Source: Acidobacteriota bacterium (lineage in GTDB: Bacteria; Acidobacteriota; Thermoanaerobaculia; Multivoradales; JAGPDF01). Taken from it: a stretch of 64,000 nt of DNA. This document shows, in pieces, positions 56,410 through 64,000 of the stretch (the stretch's first letter is position 1; each line of letters opens with the position of its first letter). The position numbers were made by a program, and so were the translations under genes. The notes beneath the pieces were generated by a model, which made no database searches, was not told the DNA's origin, and saw only the letters and a program-made list of their open reading frames with translations. Location: contig JAAYLR010000019.1 in NCBI GenBank assembly GCA_012521815.1, forward strand, positions 672 through 64,671, written 5' to 3'.

Positions 56410-56988
56410 TCAGCGCAGCGCCTTGCCCGCCATCCGGAGGATGTCGTCGAGGGGGTTGCCGTCGCCGTTGAGGTCGAGCATCGAGGCGAGACCGCTCAGG
56501 CCGCCCGCGCTCGCCGCGGGCTGCTGGCCGCCGCCGAGCAGGCCGCCGAGCAGGCTGCCGAGGCCGCCGCCGGCGCTGGCGCCACCCTGGGCCTTGGCCA
56601 TGAAGCCGGTCACCATCATCGCGAGCATCGGCAGCATCTTCTTCAGCAGCGCCGGGTCGAGGCCGGACTTCGCCGAGGCCTGCTGGGCGACCGTGCGGCT
56701 CACGTCCTTCGAGCCGAAGATCTGGGCGAGCACGTCGTTGCCCTGGCTCACGTTCGCCGGCTTCGTGCCGAGCACCGCGTCGAGCAGGCCGCCGCCGCCG
56801 AGCTGGCCGAGCAGGCCGCCGAGCCCCTCGAGGCCGGTCGGCTGAGCCTGCGCCTGCTTCTTGAAGCCGCCGAGGATCGCGGGCAGGAGCGCGGCCGCGC
56901 CGCTTTCGGCCTGTTTCTGGCTGATGCCGAGCTGCCGGGCCATGTCCTGGAGGCCGCCCATCTGGGCGAGGAGGTCGGTGATCTGCAT
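56410..56988 (-). CDS. DUF937-family protein
   Basis: MQITDLLAQMGGLQDMARQLGISQKQAESGAAALLPAILGG is the DUF937 N-terminal pattern. Gly-rich C-terminus. Confidence 0.55.
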   Translation of the reverse strand: MQITDLLAQMGGLQDMARQLGISQKQAESGAAALLPAILGGFKKQAQAQPTGLEGLGGLLGQLGGGGLLDAVLGTKPANVSQGNDVLAQIFGSKDVSRTVAQQASAKSGLDPALLKKMLPMLAMMVTGFMAKAQGGASAGGGLGSLLGGLLGGGQQPAASAGGLSGLASMLDLNGDGNPLDDILRMAGKALR

Positions 56989-57122
56989 GGTGTTGCTCCT
57001 ATTCTTCGTGGGTGGCTGGGTACCGCGAGAACGGGAAGGCGGGGTGGCAGCCGCATCGCACCCGTGCCGGCGTGACCGCATCGTGACGGAAAGAGGCGCC
57101 CGCGGCAAGGGGCGGCTCTTCC

Positions 57123-57881
57123 TCAGCGCCGCCGCCGCGCGCGGCCCGGCTGGCGCGGGCGCAGCCGGACCGGCACCGTCTCCCGGTCGCGCAGGCGGAG
57201 GTTGAGCATCTCGACGCCGACCGAGAAGGCCATCGCGAAGTAGAGGTACCCCTTCGGAATGTGGAAGTGCAGCCCCTCGGCGACGAGCGAGGTGCCGATC
57301 AGGAGCAGGAAGGAGAGGGCGAGGATCTTCACCGTCGGATGCCGCTCGACGAACGCGGCGATGCTCCCCGCCGCCGCCATCATGACCAGCACCGCGGCGA
57401 CGATCGCCGCCACCATGACCGGGATCTGCTGCACCATGCCGACCGCGGTGATCACCGAATCGAGCGAGAAGACGATGTCGAGCAGCGCGATCTGGACGAG
57501 TACCCCCGCGAAGCTGATACCCGCCTGCGCCGCCGCGTGCTCCGCGGTCCCCTCGAGCCGCTCGTGGATCTCCCGGGTGCTCTTGGCGAGCAGGAAGAGG
57601 CCACCTGCGAACAGGATCAGGTCGCGCCCCGAGACGTCGAAGCCGATGACGGTGAAGAGCGGATCGGTCAGCCGCGCCATCCAGGCGAGCGAGAGCAGCA
57701 GCAGGATCCGGGTGATCATCGCCAGCCCCAGCCCCAGGGTGCGGGCCCGCGGCTGCCGGGCGGGAGGCAGCCGGGCGGCGAGGATCGAGATGAAGATGAT
57801 GTTGTCGATGCCGAGGACGATCTCGAGCGCCGTCAGCGTCACGAACGCGATCCAGACCTGCGGGTCGGCGAGCCATGCCAT
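57123..57881 (-). CDS. TerC-family integral membrane protein
   Basis: TALEIVLGIDNIIFISILA and VFSLDSVITAVGM are TerC motifs. 252 aa. Confidence 0.75.
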   Translation of the reverse strand: MAWLADPQVWIAFVTLTALEIVLGIDNIIFISILAARLPPARQPRARTLGLGLAMITRILLLLSLAWMARLTDPLFTVIGFDVSGRDLILFAGGLFLLAKSTREIHERLEGTAEHAAAQAGISFAGVLVQIALLDIVFSLDSVITAVGMVQQIPVMVAAIVAAVLVMMAAAGSIAAFVERHPTVKILALSFLLLIGTSLVAEGLHFHIPKGYLYFAMAFSVGVEMLNLRLRDRETVPVRLRPRQPGRARRRR

Positions 57882-57919
57882 CGCAACCTCCTGCCGGGTG
57901 TCGGCCGCCCGGTACGGCC

Positions 57920-59710
57920 TCAGCGTTTCGTGAAGAGCTCCTCGGCGGCGGGACCGAGGCGGGCGAGCAGGGCGTCGCGGCGGATCTTGAGGGTCGGCGT
58001 CAGGAGCTCGGGGTAGTCGGCCGGCTCCCCCGGCAGCACCGTGAGCCGCTTCGGCTTCTCGTGGTCGGAGAAGGCGTCGAGCGCGGCGTGCAGCGGCCCG
58101 AGCAGCTCCCGCTCGGCGTCGAGGCCGGCGGCGGCGAACCGGTCGAGCGCGGCGCGGTCGACGAAGACCGCGGCGGCCACGAACGGGCGCCCCTCGCCGA
58201 AGAGGACCGCGGCGCGGAACGGCTCGCGGGCGGCGATCGCCTGCTCGATCGGCTCGGGCGAGAGCTTCTTGCCGGTCGAGAGCGCGAGCATGTTCTTCGA
58301 CCGCCCCTCGATCCAGAGCCAGCCGTCGTCGTCCAGCCGCCCGAGGTCGCCGGTGCGGAAGAAGCCGTCCTCCGTCCAGGCGCCCCGCCCGTCCTCCTCC
58401 TCGAGGAAGCCGGAGAGGAGGAGCGGCCCGCGCAGCAGCAGCTCGCCGTCGGGTCCGAAGCGGACCTCGTGGTCGGCGCTCACCCGGCCGGCGCAGCCCG
58501 GCAGGCGCGGCCCGGCGACGTAGTTGCAGGCGATCATCCCGGCGGTCTCGCTCATCCCGTAGATCTCGACCATCGGGATGCCGAGCGCCTCGAAGAAGCG
58601 GAAGAGCGCGGGTGGCACCGCGGCGCCACCGGCGTAGAGGGCGCGGATCCGGCCGCCGAGCTTCGCCCGCACCGCGCGGCCGATCGCGCGGTCGGCGAGG
58701 GCGGTGCCGAGCCGGTCGCGCACGCTCCGCGAGCCGTCGAGGCGGTACCGCTCGGCGGCGGCGAGCGCGCCCCGCAGCGTCGCGCGCAGCGGCGCCGGCA
58801 TCGCCGCGAGCTTCTGCTCCACCCCGGCGCGGACCCGCTCGTAGACCGCGGGCACCGAGAAGATGTAGGTCGGCCGGAGCGCGAAGGCGGGCTCGATCTC
58901 CTCCCGCCGGGTGACCATCAGGAGCTCCTGCCCCTGGCCGATCCCCATGACGAACTGCGCGTGGCCGGCGACGTGGCCGTACGGGAGGAAGTGGAGGCCG
59001 ACGTCCTCCTCGGTGAGGCCCACCGCTCCCTGCGCGGTGTCGATCACCCGGATCGCGGCGCGCTGCGGCACGCGGACCCCCTTCGGCCGCCCGGTCGTGC
59101 CGCTCGTGAAGAGGAGGAGGAAGGGATCCTCCTCGCCGACCGCCGCGGCGAGGGCGGCGAGCTCGGCGAACGGCACCGCCGGCGCCCCGTCGCCGAACGC
59201 CGTCGCGAAGGTCCTGGCGGTGAGGCCGTTCGGGAGGCTCGCGGGGTGGAGGGGCTCGCCCGCCACGAGCGCCGCGAGGCCCGCGGCCGCGAGCTCCCCG
59301 CCGGCCGGCGCGAGCTTGCTCCACCCCTCCGCGTCGCCCACGAGCGCCACCCGGGGGCGCACCCGCCGGGCGATCGTCCGCGCCTGCTCCCCGGCGAGGC
59401 TCGCGAAGAGCGCCGCCGGCTCGGCGCGGAGGCACTGGGCGGCGAGCGCGAGCATCTGCCACTCCGGGGAGTTGGCCGCGAAGAGGAGCACCCGGTCGCC
59501 CGCCTCGACCCCGGCCGCGCGCAGCAGCGCGACGCCGCGCGCCACCCCGGTCGCGAAGCCGCCGAAGGTGACGGTGCGGGGCGGCGGCGGCCCCGCCGGC
59601 CCGACGAGGCGGAGGAAGACCCGCTCCGGCACCCGGCGCGCGGTCGCGATCAGGAGCGCCGGGAGGGTGCGTTCGGGGAGGCGGACGGGCTGGACGCGGG
59701 GAACGGACAT
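57920..59710 (-). CDS. AMP-dependent synthetase/ligase (long-chain acyl-CoA ligase-like)
   Basis: FTSGTTGRPKGV (AMP-binding P-loop) and YGMSETAG. Confidence 0.8.
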   Translation of the reverse strand: MSVPRVQPVRLPERTLPALLIATARRVPERVFLRLVGPAGPPPPRTVTFGGFATGVARGVALLRAAGVEAGDRVLLFAANSPEWQMLALAAQCLRAEPAALFASLAGEQARTIARRVRPRVALVGDAEGWSKLAPAGGELAAAGLAALVAGEPLHPASLPNGLTARTFATAFGDGAPAVPFAELAALAAAVGEEDPFLLLFTSGTTGRPKGVRVPQRAAIRVIDTAQGAVGLTEEDVGLHFLPYGHVAGHAQFVMGIGQGQELLMVTRREEIEPAFALRPTYIFSVPAVYERVRAGVEQKLAAMPAPLRATLRGALAAAERYRLDGSRSVRDRLGTALADRAIGRAVRAKLGGRIRALYAGGAAVPPALFRFFEALGIPMVEIYGMSETAGMIACNYVAGPRLPGCAGRVSADHEVRFGPDGELLLRGPLLLSGFLEEEDGRGAWTEDGFFRTGDLGRLDDDGWLWIEGRSKNMLALSTGKKLSPEPIEQAIAAREPFRAAVLFGEGRPFVAAAVFVDRAALDRFAAAGLDAERELLGPLHAALDAFSDHEKPKRLTVLPGEPADYPELLTPTLKIRRDALLARLGPAAEELFTKR

Positions 59711-59744
59711 ACGCAGGCGGGAGGAGGAGCCTATCCCAACCTCC

Positions 59745-60740
59745 TCACGATCCGCCCCGCGCCGGCCCGTCGAGCCACCGCCGGAAGCGCGATTCGAGCG
59801 CTTCTTCGTCGAGGCCGAGGCCGGCGGTGAGCGGCGGCGGGGTACCGCCGGCGGCGCGGGCCGCGAGCCAGGCGCGGAAGCGGGGAGCGAGCTCCGGGTC
59901 GAGGAGGAGGAAGCGGACGAAGAGCGCGGCCTGGTCGTAATCCCAGCTCACGGGATCCCGGTCGAAACTGCTGCGGGGGAGCGCGACGAGGCGGGCGAGC
60001 GGCCCGGCCCGGCCGGTCGCGTACCCGCCGCGGAGTCGGGTGCGCAGGCCCTCCATTCCGGTGAAGCCGGCAGGGGACGCGAAGCCGTCGGGGCCGGCGG
60101 AGTAGCCGAGCTCGTCGGCGAGCCCTTCGGAGAGCCACGGCTCGAGCGGCGACCCGAAGGTGCGGCGGTGGGCGAGGTGCGCGAGCTCGTGGATCAGGGT
60201 GCCGGCGACCTCGGCGAGCGGCCGCTCCCCGGCGGGCAGCGCCACGAGACCGTCGAGCGCGAGCGAGAAGCCGGCGGCCACCCGGGGCAGGCGCGGATCG
60301 GCAGCGACGTACCGCTGGAAGCGGCGCCGCTCGGCGAAGAGCACGAGGGTGCCTGCGGGCGGCTCGCTCGGCGCGACCCCGAACCGGTGGCGGTACTCGC
60401 TCTCGAAGGCCGTGACCGGCCCCGCGCAGAGCTCCCGGAGGCCACCGAGAAGCGGCCCGGCAGCGTCGGTGAGGAGCTGGTACGGCCCGCACGCTTCGGC
60501 GACGACCGGGGTGCCGAGCGCTGCGCGCGCCGCCGCGACCGCCGCGGGCTCGCCCGCGCTCACCGGTCGGCCGGCGGGAGCAGGTTCGGGTTCACGCGGT
60601 GGCGGCGCGGTGGGGAACGGCCCGCCCGCGCCGCCCTCCGGGGCCTGCCGGCAGCCGGGAAGAGCGAGCGCGGCGAGGAGGAGGAGCGCCCGGAGCGCCC
60701 GGCCTCCTCCCGGTGGCGAGGAGCGGATCGGCAGTCGCAT
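59745..60740 (-). CDS. Putative zinc metalloprotease lipoprotein (HExxH)
   Basis: Signal peptide plus lipobox ALALPGC. HELAHLAH motif. Confidence 0.5.
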   Translation of the reverse strand: MRLPIRSSPPGGGRALRALLLLAALALPGCRQAPEGGAGGPFPTAPPPREPEPAPAGRPVSAGEPAAVAAARAALGTPVVAEACGPYQLLTDAAGPLLGGLRELCAGPVTAFESEYRHRFGVAPSEPPAGTLVLFAERRRFQRYVAADPRLPRVAAGFSLALDGLVALPAGERPLAEVAGTLIHELAHLAHRRTFGSPLEPWLSEGLADELGYSAGPDGFASPAGFTGMEGLRTRLRGGYATGRAGPLARLVALPRSSFDRDPVSWDYDQAALFVRFLLLDPELAPRFRAWLAARAAGGTPPPLTAGLGLDEEALESRFRRWLDGPARGGS

Positions 60741-60780
60741 CGCGCCCGAGCCTATCCCCCGCTCGCGCGGGGCGAGGGAG

Positions 60781-61968
60781 TTACTCCGGCCGGTAGCGCG
60801 CGGCGACCCGGCGGTACGCCTCGCGGAACGGGATCCCCTCGGCGAGCACGAGCCGGTGCGCCTCCTCGGCGGCGCCGAGCTCGGGGGGCAGCGCGATCCG
60901 CTCGGGGAGGAAGCGGATCTCCGGCAGGGTGGCGGCGAAGAGACCGGCGGTCGCCCGCGCGAGGTCACAGGCGCGGAAGAGCGGCGCCTTCAGCCGCTGG
61001 AGGTCGCGGTGGTAGCCGGAGGGGAGCTTGGCGGGGAGCGCGAGCGCCTCGACGAGGGCGCCGAGGGTGACCGCGCCGGCGGCGCGCGCGAGCTCGAAGA
61101 GGTCGGGGTTCCGCTTCTGCGGCATGAGCGAGCTGCCGGTGGTCATCGCCGGCGGCAGCGCGACGAAGCCGAGCTCCTTCGAGGCGTACCAGACGAGGTC
61201 GGCGGCGAGGCGGCCGAGGTCCTGCGTGAGGAGGTGGACCTCGAAGAGGAGCTGCGCCTCGGCCTTGCCCCGGGAGAGCTGCACGGCGGTGACCGGCTCG
61301 TGGACGGCGGCGAAGCCGAGCGCGGCGCGGGTCGCCTCCCGGTCGAGCGCGAGCCCCGGGGTCCCGTAGCCGGCCGCCGAGCCGAGCGGGTTCTTCTCTA
61401 TCCGCCGCGCGCAGGCGGCGAGCCCGGCGGCGTCGTCCTCGAGCTCGGCCGCGAAGCCGCCGGCCCAGAGCGGCACGGAGGAGGGCATCGCCGGCTGGAG
61501 GTGGGTGTAGCCGGGCAGCGCCACCCCGTCGTGAAGGCGCGCGACCTCCCCGAGCGCCGCCGCCACCTCGCGGGCGAGGCCGGCGAGCGCGGCGGCCTCG
61601 GCGCGCATCCAGAGGCGGAGCGCGGCGAGCACCTGATCGTTGCGCGAGCGGCCGAGGTGGAGGCGGCCGCCCGCGGCGCCGATCCGCGCGGTCAGCCGCC
61701 GCTCGAGCGCGGTGTGGCCATCCTCGTCGGCGAGCTCGACCCGCCAGAGGCCGCGCGCGTGCTCGTCGCCGAGCGCCGCGAGGCCGTCCCGGATCGCCGC
61801 GAAATCGCCGTCCGCGAGCAGCCCCCGCCCGTGGAGCATCGCCGCGTGGGCGAGCGAGGCGGTGACGTCGTGGGCGATCAGGCGGTCGTCGAGGGCGTGG
61901 TCCTCCCCCGCGGTGTAGGCGAGCACCCGGGCGTCGAGCGCCCCGCCGAGGTCCCAGAGACGGCTCAT
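60781..61968 (-). CDS. argH: Argininosuccinate lyase (short form)
   Basis: Fumarate-lyase signature GSSLMPQKRNPD. ATGA overlap with the M20 gene. Confidence 0.8.
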   Translation of the reverse strand: MSRLWDLGGALDARVLAYTAGEDHALDDRLIAHDVTASLAHAAMLHGRGLLADGDFAAIRDGLAALGDEHARGLWRVELADEDGHTALERRLTARIGAAGGRLHLGRSRNDQVLAALRLWMRAEAAALAGLAREVAAALGEVARLHDGVALPGYTHLQPAMPSSVPLWAGGFAAELEDDAAGLAACARRIEKNPLGSAAGYGTPGLALDREATRAALGFAAVHEPVTAVQLSRGKAEAQLLFEVHLLTQDLGRLAADLVWYASKELGFVALPPAMTTGSSLMPQKRNPDLFELARAAGAVTLGALVEALALPAKLPSGYHRDLQRLKAPLFRACDLARATAGLFAATLPEIRFLPERIALPPELGAAEEAHRLVLAEGIPFREAYRRVAARYRPE

Positions 61969-63068
61969 CCTTCCTCCTTTCCGGCCGGGCCCGGCGCGGC
62001 CGCGAAGGCGCGCACGAGGGCGGCGTAGAAGTCGGCTCCGGCCACGAGCTCCTCGTCGCGGACGTACTCGTCGGCGGTGTGGGAGCGCTCCGAGCGCCCG
62101 GGGCCGGCCTTGATCCCGGGCACGCCCGGGGGGAGCAGCGCCCAGTCGGAGAGCGTCGCCGAGCCGTAGGTGCGGGCGGCGGGCCGGGCCTGGCGCGCGG
62201 CGGCGAGGAGCGCCGAGCCGGACGGCGTCTGGCGCGGAGCGAACCGGTCGGAGACGACCCGCACCTGCCCGCCGACGGCGCCGCGCACCCGGGCGACGAG
62301 CTCGCCGGTGGCGAGGCCGGGCACGACGCGCAGGTCGAGGAGCGCGCTCGCCTCGGCGGGCACCGCGTTGCGCGCCTCGCCGGCGCGCAGGAGCGTCGGC
62401 TCGAGGGTGGTGCTCCCGAGCTCGGGGTGCGGCGGGCCGAGATCGAGCCCGTCGAGAGCGACGAGGTCGTGGGCGAGGCGGCGGGCGGCGTTCTCGGCGC
62501 CGAGCGCCCGGGCGTGGGCGGCGTGCGCGGCCGTGCCGTGCGCGGTGAGCTCGAGCAGGAGGAGCCCCTTCTGCGCCACCGCGAGGTCGAGCCCGGTCGG
62601 CTCGCCGAAGACGGCGCCGGCGAGCGCGAGACCCCGCGCGGCGAGCCGCTCGAGGATCGCCTGCGTGCCCCGGTTCGTCGTCTCCTCCTCGGCGACGAGC
62701 GCGAGGCCGAGGGTGATCCCGCCGGTCGCGCCGGCGGTCTCGAGGAAGGCCGCGACGAGCGCCGCGACCGCCGCCTTGGCGTCGTTCGCTCCGAGCCCGT
62801 AGAGCCGGTCGCCCTCGCGGGTCGCCGCGAACGGCGGCCGCTGCCAGCCGGGCGCCGGCGGCACGGTGTCGAGGTGGCTGTCGAGCAGGAGGAGCGGCCC
62901 CTCGCCCGCGAGCGCGAGGAGCGAGTCGCCGTGCCGCTCGCAGGCGACCCCCCGCGCCGCGAGGAACGCCGCGAGGAACGCGCAGATCGCCGCCTCGTCG
63001 CCCGAGACCGAAGGGATGGCGACGAGCGCCGCGTGGAGCGCGAGCAGCTCCTCGCGCGCGAGCTTCAC
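61965..63068 (-). CDS. M20 family metallopeptidase, acetylornithine deacetylase/succinyl-DAP desuccinylase-like (ArgE-like by context)
   Basis: LLLDSHLDTVP...GANDAKAA...ALVAEEETT are M20 metal-ligand regions. Located between argB and argH. Confidence 0.7.
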   Translation of the reverse strand: MKLAREELLALHAALVAIPSVSGDEAAICAFLAAFLAARGVACERHGDSLLALAGEGPLLLLDSHLDTVPPAPGWQRPPFAATREGDRLYGLGANDAKAAVAALVAAFLETAGATGGITLGLALVAEEETTNRGTQAILERLAARGLALAGAVFGEPTGLDLAVAQKGLLLLELTAHGTAAHAAHARALGAENAARRLAHDLVALDGLDLGPPHPELGSTTLEPTLLRAGEARNAVPAEASALLDLRVVPGLATGELVARVRGAVGGQVRVVSDRFAPRQTPSGSALLAAARQARPAARTYGSATLSDWALLPPGVPGIKAGPGRSERSHTADEYVRDEELVAGADFYAALVRAFAAAPGPAGKEEG

Positions 63069-63973
63069 GGCGCCGCGCCCGTGCCGTTGGCGACCACCAT
63101 CGTGCCGACGCCTTCGTTCGTGAAGACCTCGGCCAGGAGCGCGTCGGGCGCTCCGGCCGGGATGACGTGGACCCGCGGCACCCCGCCCGCGAGCGCCTGC
63201 CGGATCGCCGCCGCCTTCGGCAGCATCCCGCCGGAGAGCGCCCCGGCGGCCGCGAGCGCCTCGAGGCCGGGCAGATCGACGAGAGAGATCACCGAGTGCG
63301 GATCGTCGGCCCGTTCGAGGATGCCGGGGACGGCGACCGCGAGGATCAGCTTCGCGGCGCCGAGCGCCACCGCGAGCGCCGCGGCCACGGTGTCGGCGTT
63401 GACGTTGAGCGGGGCGCCGTCGGCGGCCGCCGCGAGCGAGGCGATCACCGGCACGAAGCCGGCCTCGGCCAGGCGGGCGAGGAGCCGGATGTCGACCGCT
63501 TCGAGATCGCCGACGTGGCCGTAGTCGACCAGCTCGCCGTTCGCGGCGGGGACCGGCGGCCGCTGGCTCGCGGTGAGGAGGTTGCCGTCGATGCCGGTCA
63601 GGCCGACCGCCGCGAGCCCGGCGCGGCGGGCCGCGGAGAGGACCCGGGTGTTCGCCTGCCCGGCGAGGGCGAGCACGCTCGCCTCGAGCGTCGCGGCGTC
63701 GGTGACCCGGCGCCCGTCGACGATCCGCGTCGGCAGGCCGAGCCGGGTGGCGAGCGCGGTCGTCTGCGGCCCGCCTCCGTGGACCAGCACCACGTGGATG
63801 CCGAGCTGGCCGAGCACCTCGACCTGTTCGAGCAGCGGCAGCAGGAGGTGGTCCTCGGCGAGCGTCTCGCCGCCGAGCTTGATCACGAAGGTCCGGCCCC
63901 GGAAGAGCCGTACGTAGGGGATCGCGTGCCGGAGCCCGGCGATCTCGGTGGTCCGCTGGCCGATGTCCTTCAT
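63065..63973 (-). CDS. argB: Acetylglutamate kinase
   Basis: FVIKLGGETL...VLVHGGGPQ and the AAK fold. Stop-start coupled with the M20 gene. Confidence 0.85.
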   Translation of the reverse strand: MKDIGQRTTEIAGLRHAIPYVRLFRGRTFVIKLGGETLAEDHLLLPLLEQVEVLGQLGIHVVLVHGGGPQTTALATRLGLPTRIVDGRRVTDAATLEASVLALAGQANTRVLSAARRAGLAAVGLTGIDGNLLTASQRPPVPAANGELVDYGHVGDLEAVDIRLLARLAEAGFVPVIASLAAAADGAPLNVNADTVAAALAVALGAAKLILAVAVPGILERADDPHSVISLVDLPGLEALAAAGALSGGMLPKAAAIRQALAGGVPRVHVIPAGAPDALLAEVFTNEGVGTMVVANGTGAAP

Positions 63974-64000
63974 CCCTCTCCCTTTCCGGCGAGCAGGCGG

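Noticed and set aside
54772-61070. Long plus-strand ORFs (767 aa at 54772, 651 aa at 57875, 719 aa at 58911, 622 aa at 60160)
   Set aside because: Each is antisense to homology-supported minus-strand genes (glnA-like, TerC, acyl-CoA ligase, argH) and rich in Arg/Gly/Glu runs.

Overview
This 64 kb window is a very high-GC (about 70-72%) bacterial chromosome segment with strong GC3 codon bias and many 4-bp ATGA/GTGA stop-start overlaps. The overall content looks like a Gram-negative-type organism. I read 55 protein-coding genes, 2 tRNA-Ser genes, 3 pseudogene or degraded-IS calls, 1 tandem-duplication repeat region and 3 regulatory sites.

Housekeeping genes recognised by motif are ispH, purD, pdxA, serS, tkt, xthA, argB, an M20 argE-like peptidase, argH, a glutamine synthetase, a beta-carbonic anhydrase, an M24 aminopeptidase and an SSF symporter.

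The accessory content, in order along the window:
- 1-7270: a 5'-partial secreted GH-A glycoside hydrolase, followed by two near-identical tandem genes for ~770-aa SBBP beta-propeller-repeat secreted proteins plus decayed copies of the same unit.
- 7276-12196: a minus-strand operon of a DsrC-type protein (two-Cys C-terminal arm), a dihaem-b-like membrane anchor, an HdrD/DsrK-like CCG iron-sulfur protein and a group-II cysteine desulfurase, with a divergent MocR-family regulator.
- 12290-13586: a 5'-truncated, frameshifted rve-family transposase remnant abutting an mrr restriction gene that has lost its catalytic domain.
- 14358-21770: a beta-carbonic anhydrase (can), an orphan sensor kinase, a transglutaminase-like protein, the SSF symporter and the M24 aminopeptidase.
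- 22064-29291: a thioesterase, DUF99, GerW-like, SufU-like and a secreted hypothetical protein, then ispH, purD, an Hfq-like gene overlapping ricT, and pdxA.
- 29333-43082: a glycan locus with a WbaP-type priming transferase, one GT1, three GT2s, a GT-C membrane glycosyltransferase and a Wzy-like protein, all stop-start coupled, then serS with tRNA-Ser, an ArnT/PMT-type GT and a secreted beta-helix protein.
- 43083-48347: a secreted hypothetical protein, two L,D-transpeptidases, a lipoprotein and tkt.
- 48476-63973: the second tRNA-Ser, xthA, an SLC12-like transporter, an ABC-2 transporter pair, a Spy-like chaperone, the glutamine synthetase, DUF937, TerC, an acyl-CoA ligase, a HExxH lipoprotein and the argB-argE-argH block.

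Several very long ORFs in the six-frame track (1294, 1298, 1006 and 1559 aa) are low-complexity alternate-frame or antisense artefacts of GC-rich DNA and are not called as genes.
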